Assembly (NCBI GenBank): GCA_963663235.2
Contig: CAXXNO010000004.1
Span: forward strand, 192,001 to 256,000
Reading direction: 5' to 3'
Source: Dehalococcoidia bacterium
GTDB lineage: Bacteria > Chloroflexota > Dehalococcoidia > Bin125
Length of the DNA stretch: 64,000 nt
The notes under the pieces are model-generated. The model was given only the letters and a program-made list of their open reading frames with translations. It ran no database searches and had not been told where the DNA came from. Made by a program: the position numbers and the translations under genes. This document shows, piece after piece, positions 58,994 through 64,000 of the stretch (position 1 is the stretch's first letter; every line of letters begins with the position of its first letter).

Positions 58994-59404
58994 TCAGGAC
59001 GCCTCCTTTCCGCCGAGCTCGGTTGTCTCCTCCTGCGGCCCAGGCTCGAGCCCTTCCACCAGCTCGATCTGGGCCATGTGCGCGCCGTCGCCCACGCGGG
59101 GGCCCAACTTGGTGATGCGGGTGTAGCCGCCGGGCCGGTCTTGATAGCGCGGGGCGATATCGTCGAAGAGGCGCCGGACGATCTTGGGGTCTTGGAGCAG
59201 GGCGTGCGCCTGGCGGCGGGCATGCAGATCGCCGCGCTTGCCCAGCCCGATCACGCGTTCCGCGAAGGGGCGCAGCTCCTTGGCTTTGGCCTCCGTGGTC
59301 ACGATCCGTTCGTGGCGAAGGAGTTCCATGGCCTGATTGCGCGCGAGCGCCTTGCGATGAGCGGCGGTCCGCCCGAGGGCGCGGCCGGTGCGTCGGTGTC
59401 GCAG
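58994..59404 (-). CDS. rplQ: 50S ribosomal protein L17 (apparent CTG start)
   Basis: (M)RHRR.GR.LGR..AHRKAL.RN...I.TT.AKAKELR...RPGGYTRI; CTG 6 nt after AAGGAG. Confidence 0.95.
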   Translation of the reverse strand: MRHRRTGRALGRTAAHRKALARNQAMELLRHERIVTTEAKAKELRPFAERVIGLGKRGDLHARRQAHALLQDPKIVRRLFDDIAPRYQDRPGGYTRITKLGPRVGDGAHMAQIELVEGLEPGPQEETTELGGKEAS

Positions 59405-59407
59405 CGG

Positions 59408-60529
59408 TTACTCCTTGCCCAGCGTGTCGGACTCCTGGCCGGCCTCGCGCAAGGCGTCGAGGAGGGCGGAGCCAAGCGAGCTGATCTCTTCGTTTTCCTC
59501 TTCGCGCGCGACCTCGGCGGGGGCTTCTTCGCCGGCGGCCGCCGGGTAGGGCGCGGCGTCGGCGGCGGCGGCGACCGTCTCGGGGCGGTGGCCGCGGGCC
59601 TCATCCTCGGCGACGAAGCCCAGTTCGCGCAGCCGATCCATGAGCTCGTAGAACGACTTATCGCCGAAGTTGCGCAGGGCCAGGAGTTCTTCGTCGCTCT
59701 TCTCGAGGACTTGCCCGACGGTCATGAGCCCACTGCGTTTGAGGCAGTTGTAGGCGCGGACCGAGAGATTCAGCTCCTCGATGGACGTGTTGTAGCGTTC
59801 CGGCGACATGCCCAGCGTCTCGGCGGCGCCGATCTCCTCGGCGGGCGGCGGTTGGCCGAGATGGATGAAGAGGCTCATCTCGCTCTGGATGACCTGCGCG
59901 GCGCTGTGGACGGCGTCGGAGCCGCTGATGGTGCCGTCGGTCCAGACTTCTAGGATGAGACGATCGAGGTCGCTGCGCTGGCCGACGCGGGTGGGCTGCA
60001 CGAGGTAGTTGACTTTGCGCACCGGGCTGAAGATGGCATCAACGGGGATGGCGCCGATGGGGAGGCCGTCGCCCTCGATGGCGGGGACGTAGCCGGTGCC
60101 CTGCTCGACGTCGAAGGTGGCGGTGAGCCGGGCTTTGGGCGTGTCCAAGGTGGCGATGTACAGGTCCGGGTTGACGATCTCGTAATCGCCGGGGACCTCG
60201 AGATCGCCGGCAGTGACGACGCGCGGCCCGGCGACGTCCAGGAAGAGCTTGGCCGGGCGGTCGGAGAGCGCGCGCAAGCGGATGCCGCGAATGTTCAGGA
60301 GTAATTCGGTGGTGTCTTCCCTGACATCGGGGATGGTGGAGAACTCGTGCTGCACTTGGTCGATCCGCACGGCCACGATGGCGGCCCCCGGCAGCGCGCT
60401 GAGGAGGACGCGGCGCAGGGCATTGCCGATGGTGGTGCCGAAGCCGTGTTTGAGGGGCTCCACCACCAGGCGGGTGTACACGTCGGTGGAGTCTTCGATC
60501 TCCAACCGCGGGAGTTCTTGGTCCGACAT
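59408..60529 (-). CDS. rpoA: RNA polymerase alpha subunit
   Basis: EPL..GFGTTIGNALRRVLLS, IPVDAIFSPV, LSVRAYNCLKR; acidic C-terminal extension; start may be TTG 60538. Confidence 0.98.
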   Translation of the reverse strand: MSDQELPRLEIEDSTDVYTRLVVEPLKHGFGTTIGNALRRVLLSALPGAAIVAVRIDQVQHEFSTIPDVREDTTELLLNIRGIRLRALSDRPAKLFLDVAGPRVVTAGDLEVPGDYEIVNPDLYIATLDTPKARLTATFDVEQGTGYVPAIEGDGLPIGAIPVDAIFSPVRKVNYLVQPTRVGQRSDLDRLILEVWTDGTISGSDAVHSAAQVIQSEMSLFIHLGQPPPAEEIGAAETLGMSPERYNTSIEELNLSVRAYNCLKRSGLMTVGQVLEKSDEELLALRNFGDKSFYELMDRLRELGFVAEDEARGHRPETVAAAADAAPYPAAAGEEAPAEVAREEENEEISSLGSALLDALREAGQESDTLGKE

Positions 60530-60569
60530 CACGATCAAGGGTTCCTCCTGGACGGGATCTGGTAGCGCG

Positions 60570-61196
60570 CTAGCGGGAGTAGTACTCCACGATGGCGCTC
60601 TCGTTGAAGCGGGCGTCCACCTCATCGGGGGTGGGGAGCGCCACGACCTCGCCTTCCAGCGTGGACGGGTCCACGCTCAGCCATGCGGGCACCTCGCGTC
60701 CGCCCTGCCACTCTTTGACCATGGTGAAGAAGGTGGTCTTGCGGCCGCGCTCGGTCCAGCCGATGCGATCGCCGATGCGCAATTCCACGGAGGGCACGTC
60801 GGTGGTGCGGCCGTTGAGGGTCATGTGGCGATGGAGGACGACCTGCCGGGCCTGGGCGCGGGACTCTGCGAGACCCAAGCGGTAGACCACGTTGTCCAAG
60901 CGCCGCTCCAGCATCTGGATGAGGATCTCGCCGGTGACTCCGGGGCGGCGGGTGGCCTCGCGGTAGAGCCGGCGGAACTGGCGCTCCAAGAGGCCGTAGG
61001 TCTGCCGCGCCTTCTGTTTCTCGCGCAGCTGGAGCCCCCGGTCCGACATCTTGCGCCGCCGCGGGGAGCGCTGGCCGGGTGGATTGGGGCGGCGCTCGAT
61101 GGCGCACTTGGGCGTGAAGCAGCGCTCGCCTTTGAGGAAGAGCTTCTCCCCGCTGCGACGGCAGAGGCGGCAGACGGGGCCGGTGTAGCGGGCCAT
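60570..61196 (-). CDS. rpsD: 30S ribosomal protein S4 (Zn-binding form)
   Basis: MARYTGPVCRLCRR...KGERC...KC, LERRLDNVVYR. Confidence 0.98.
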   Translation of the reverse strand: MARYTGPVCRLCRRSGEKLFLKGERCFTPKCAIERRPNPPGQRSPRRRKMSDRGLQLREKQKARQTYGLLERQFRRLYREATRRPGVTGEILIQMLERRLDNVVYRLGLAESRAQARQVVLHRHMTLNGRTTDVPSVELRIGDRIGWTERGRKTTFFTMVKEWQGGREVPAWLSVDPSTLEGEVVALPTPDEVDARFNESAIVEYYSR

Positions 61197-61209
61197 TTGC
61201 GATCCTTCG

Positions 61210-61605
61210 CTAGACGCGGCGCCGCTTGGGAGGGCGGCAGCCGTTGTGTGGGATGGGCGTGCGATCGCGGATGCTGGTGAGGGTGAGGCCCACGCCCTGC
61301 AACGCGCGGACGGCGGCCTCGCGGCCGCTGCCGGGACCCTTGACGTAGACGTCCACTTCCCGCAGGCCGTGGTCCATGGCCTTGCGGGCGGCGCGCTCGG
61401 CGGCGATCTGGGCGGCGTAGGGCGTGCTCTTGCGCGAGCCTTTGGTGCCGGCGCTGCCGGCGCTGCCCCAGGCCAGCGCGTTGCCCTGGGGATCCGTGAA
61501 GGTGATCAGGGTGTTGTTGAACGTGGACTGGATGTATACCCGGCCGCGGGGCACGTTCTTGCGCTCCCGCCGCCGGGTCCGCTTGGACGCTTTGCGATCT
61601 GCCAT
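61210..61605 (-). CDS. rpsK: 30S ribosomal protein S11
   Basis: [29 protein letters not shown]. Confidence 0.98.
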   Translation of the reverse strand: MADRKASKRTRRRERKNVPRGRVYIQSTFNNTLITFTDPQGNALAWGSAGSAGTKGSRKSTPYAAQIAAERAARKAMDHGLREVDVYVKGPGSGREAAVRALQGVGLTLTSIRDRTPIPHNGCRPPKRRRV

Positions 61606-61619
61606 TCGTGCGCCGCCCC

Positions 61620-62000
61620 CTACTTCCGGATCGCCTTGCGCCGACCGGCCACGGTCTTGCGGGAGCCGCGGCGGGTCCGCGCGTTGGTGCGCGTGCGCTG
61701 GCCGTGCGCCGGCAGGTTGCGCCGGTGGCGCTGGCCACGGTAACAGTTGATATCGATCAGGCGCTGGATGTTCTGCCGGACCTGGCGGCGCAAATCGCCC
61801 TCGACCATGTAGTCGCGGTCGATCACTTCGCGGATGCGGGTCATCTCGACGTCGCCGAGTTCGTGGACGCGGGCCTCGGGGTTGATCCGGGTCTTGTCCA
61901 GGATCAGGCGGGCGCGGGTGGAGCCGATGCCGTGGATGTAGCGCAGGGCGAACTCCACGCGCTTGTTGTCAGGGATATCGACGCCGGAGATGCGAGCCAT
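61620..62000 (-). CDS. rpsM: 30S ribosomal protein S13
   Basis: [30 protein letters not shown]. Confidence 0.98.
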   Translation of the reverse strand: MARISGVDIPDNKRVEFALRYIHGIGSTRARLILDKTRINPEARVHELGDVEMTRIREVIDRDYMVEGDLRRQVRQNIQRLIDINCYRGQRHRRNLPAHGQRTRTNARTRRGSRKTVAGRRKAIRK

Positions 62001-62010
62001 CGATGCTTGC

Positions 62011-62280
62011 CTAGCTCTTGAACCGGTAGGTGATGCGGCCGCGGGTGAGATCGTACTCGGAGAGTTCCACGAGTACGCGGTCGCCGGGGAGGATCTTGAT
62101 GAAATGCTTGCGGATCTTGCCGGAGACATGCGCCAGGACTTTGTGATCGTTGGCCAGCTCAACGCGGAACATGGCGTTGGGCAGGGCCTCGCGCACGAGC
62201 CCTTCGACTTCGATCTTGTCTTGTTTGGGGGCCGGCTGGGGCCGGGCCTGAGCGCGTCCGCGTGCGGGTGATCGGGCCAT
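62011..62280 (-). CDS. infA: Translation initiation factor IF-1
   Basis: [21 protein letters not shown]...I.ILPGD.V.VELS.YDL.RGRI. Confidence 0.97.
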   Translation of the reverse strand: MARSPARGRAQARPQPAPKQDKIEVEGLVREALPNAMFRVELANDHKVLAHVSGKIRKHFIKILPGDRVLVELSEYDLTRGRITYRFKS

Positions 62281-62294
62281 GCGGTTCTCTTCTT

Positions 62295-63065
62295 TCAGTT
62301 CACCAGGGTGAGGACGTCCGCGGGGCCATCGCGCAGCGCCAGGGTGTGCTCGAAATGAGCACATAGCGTACCGTCGGAGGTGGAGACGGTCCAGCCGTCG
62401 TCCGCGACGACGGTTTCCGGGCTGCCCATGGTGACCATGGGCTCCAAGGCCACCACCATACCGCGGCGCATCTGCATGCCGGTCCCGGCGTTGCCGAAGT
62501 TGGGCATCTGGGGCGGCTCATGCATATCGCGGCCCACGCCGTGGCCCACATAATTGCGGACGATTCCGTATCCGCCCGTCTCAATCACCTCCTGGATGGC
62601 GGCGCCGATATCGCCCTTGCGGACACCGGCGCGGGCCGCGTGGATCCCGGCCCAGAGGGCTTCGTGCGTGACATCGATCAGCCGCTGCGCCTCGCGCGCG
62701 AGAGCGCCGCAGCCGACGGTGATGGCGGCGTCGCCGACGAACCCGTCGACGGTGGCGCCGAGATCGATGGAGATGACATCGCCCTCGTTGAGGATACGCC
62801 GCTGGGGGATTCCGTGGACGAGCTGTTCGTTTACGGAGACACAGACCACATCCGGGTAGCCCTGATAGCCCTTGAAGGTGGGGGTCACGCCGAGTTGGGC
62901 GAACTTGCGGACGACGAAGGTGTTGAGGGCGCGGACGTCGGAGCCGGGGCGCACCATGTCCGCCAGTTCGCTCAGGGTCTCGCCGACGACGCGCCCGGCG
63001 CGGCGCATGACGTCGATCTCGGCGTCGCTCTTGATGATCACTTGCGCTTCCCGCTCGACGATCAT
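62295..63065 (-). CDS. map: Methionine aminopeptidase (type I)
   Basis: CVSVNE..VHGIP, D.G...DG..GDAA, GHGVG..MHE.P, EPM, AHFEHT. Confidence 0.97.
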   Translation of the reverse strand: MIVEREAQVIIKSDAEIDVMRRAGRVVGETLSELADMVRPGSDVRALNTFVVRKFAQLGVTPTFKGYQGYPDVVCVSVNEQLVHGIPQRRILNEGDVISIDLGATVDGFVGDAAITVGCGALAREAQRLIDVTHEALWAGIHAARAGVRKGDIGAAIQEVIETGGYGIVRNYVGHGVGRDMHEPPQMPNFGNAGTGMQMRRGMVVALEPMVTMGSPETVVADDGWTVSTSDGTLCAHFEHTLALRDGPADVLTLVN

Positions 63066-63715
63066 GCGGAGACGGCCTCCAGCGCCGCCAGCAGATCCCG
63101 GCTCACTTCGCGCGGGCCTTGCTCGCCATTCACGCGCACCAGCTTGGCGACGCGCTGGTAGTAGGCGATGAGCGGCACGGTCTGCTCGCGATAAACCTGG
63201 AGGCGATGCTTGACGGCGCTGGGTTTGTCGTCGTCCCGCTGGCTGAGGGGGTGGCCGCAGCGGTCGCAGTGGCCGTCCACGCGGGACGGGTTGGTGGCCT
63301 CGTGGTAGATGGCGCCGCAGTCGGGGCAGGACCATCGCCCGCTCAGCCGCCGGAGGAGCTCGGCCTCGCCCACGCCGATCATCAACACCTTCTCCACCTG
63401 CCGTCCACGCTGCGCCAGCGCGTCATCCAGTGCCTGCGCCTGTTTGATGGTTCGGGGGAACCCGTCCAGCGTAGCACCCCCGGCCGCGTCCGGGCGGCCG
63501 ATGCGCTCCAGCAGCATGGCGATGGTCAGGTCATCCGGGACCAAGGCGCCGGCCTCTATGGAGGAGCGCGCCTGCTTGCCGAGGTCGGTGCCGCGGCGGA
63601 CGTTATCGCGGAACATCTCGCCGCTGGCGACGTGGACCAGACCGGCCGTTTCGGCAAGCAGCGCCGCCTGCGTTCCTTTTCCTGCGCCCGGCGGCCCGAG
63701 CAAGATCACATACAT
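63062..63715 (-). CDS. adk: Adenylate kinase (Zn-lid)
   Basis: GPPGAGKGTQA, LDGFPR, CPDC...CDRC, RDDD. Confidence 0.98.
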   Translation of the reverse strand: MYVILLGPPGAGKGTQAALLAETAGLVHVASGEMFRDNVRRGTDLGKQARSSIEAGALVPDDLTIAMLLERIGRPDAAGGATLDGFPRTIKQAQALDDALAQRGRQVEKVLMIGVGEAELLRRLSGRWSCPDCGAIYHEATNPSRVDGHCDRCGHPLSQRDDDKPSAVKHRLQVYREQTVPLIAYYQRVAKLVRVNGEQGPREVSRDLLAALEAVSA

Positions 63716-63718
63716 GGG

Positions 63719-64000
63719 CTAGCGGATGAATCCTTCGTAGTTGCGCATGAGCAGTTGCGCCTCGATCTGCTTCATGGTGTCCAGCGCCACGCCCACGACG
63801 ATCAGCAGGCCTGTGCTGGAGATCGTGAGCGCTTGACTGTCGGGGATGAACTCGGTGCCGAGGAAGGGGACCACGGCGACGAAGCCGAGGAACAGCGCCC
63901 CCGCCCAGGTGATGCGGAAAAGGACACGATTGATGTAGTCCTGGGTGGGACGGCCCGGCCGGATGCCGGGGACGAAGCCGCCCTGTTTCTGGAGGTTCTC
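63719..64000 (-). CDS. secY: Preprotein translocase SecY, C-terminal part (truncated by window)
   Basis: ENLQKQGGFVPGIRPGRPT..Y...RIT...GLLIVVGVALDTMKQIEAQLLMRNYEGFIR read from the reverse complement. Confidence 0.97.
   Translation of the reverse strand, partial: ENLQKQGGFVPGIRPGRPTQDYINRVLFRITWAGALFLGFVAVVPFLGTEFIPDSQALTISSTGLLIVVGVALDTMKQIEAQLLMRNYEGFIR

Overview
High-GC (roughly 70%) bacterial window. A monoderm-type flagellar system (FliW/CsrA, CheC/CheD, no L/P-ring genes seen) and a GAAC-N4-GTTC LexA box suggest Chloroflexota/Dehalococcoidia-like origin (inference). 1-25.8 kb: chemotaxis and flagellar cluster (flgL, fliW, cheA/C/D/Y/B, csrA, two flagellins, flaG, fliD, fliS, flgM, fliFGHIJ, flgBC, fliE, fliK, flgD, flgE, cNMP-DUF2225 fusion). 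Four genes here are broken by single-G indels. 25.8-33.2 kb: acetoin/2-oxoacid dehydrogenase operon with two E1-beta genes. 33-37.6 kb: NUDIX, PIG-L, lexA, holA, SMP-30. 37.6-47.7 kb: block of uncharacterised secreted proteins just downstream of tRNA-Sec. Four of them share a ~70-aa Trp-rich module (six copies), and one carries 33 His-led octapeptide repeats in Cys-bracketed blocks; this block is the most novel-looking system. The rest holds trxA/csoR, plsX, apt, a SAM-I riboswitch operon (mtnA-mtnP-GNAT-ahcY-metK) and the secY-to-rpsI ribosomal operon, which lacks rpmJ and has a CTG-start rplQ. All calls are from visual motif recognition; no searches were run.
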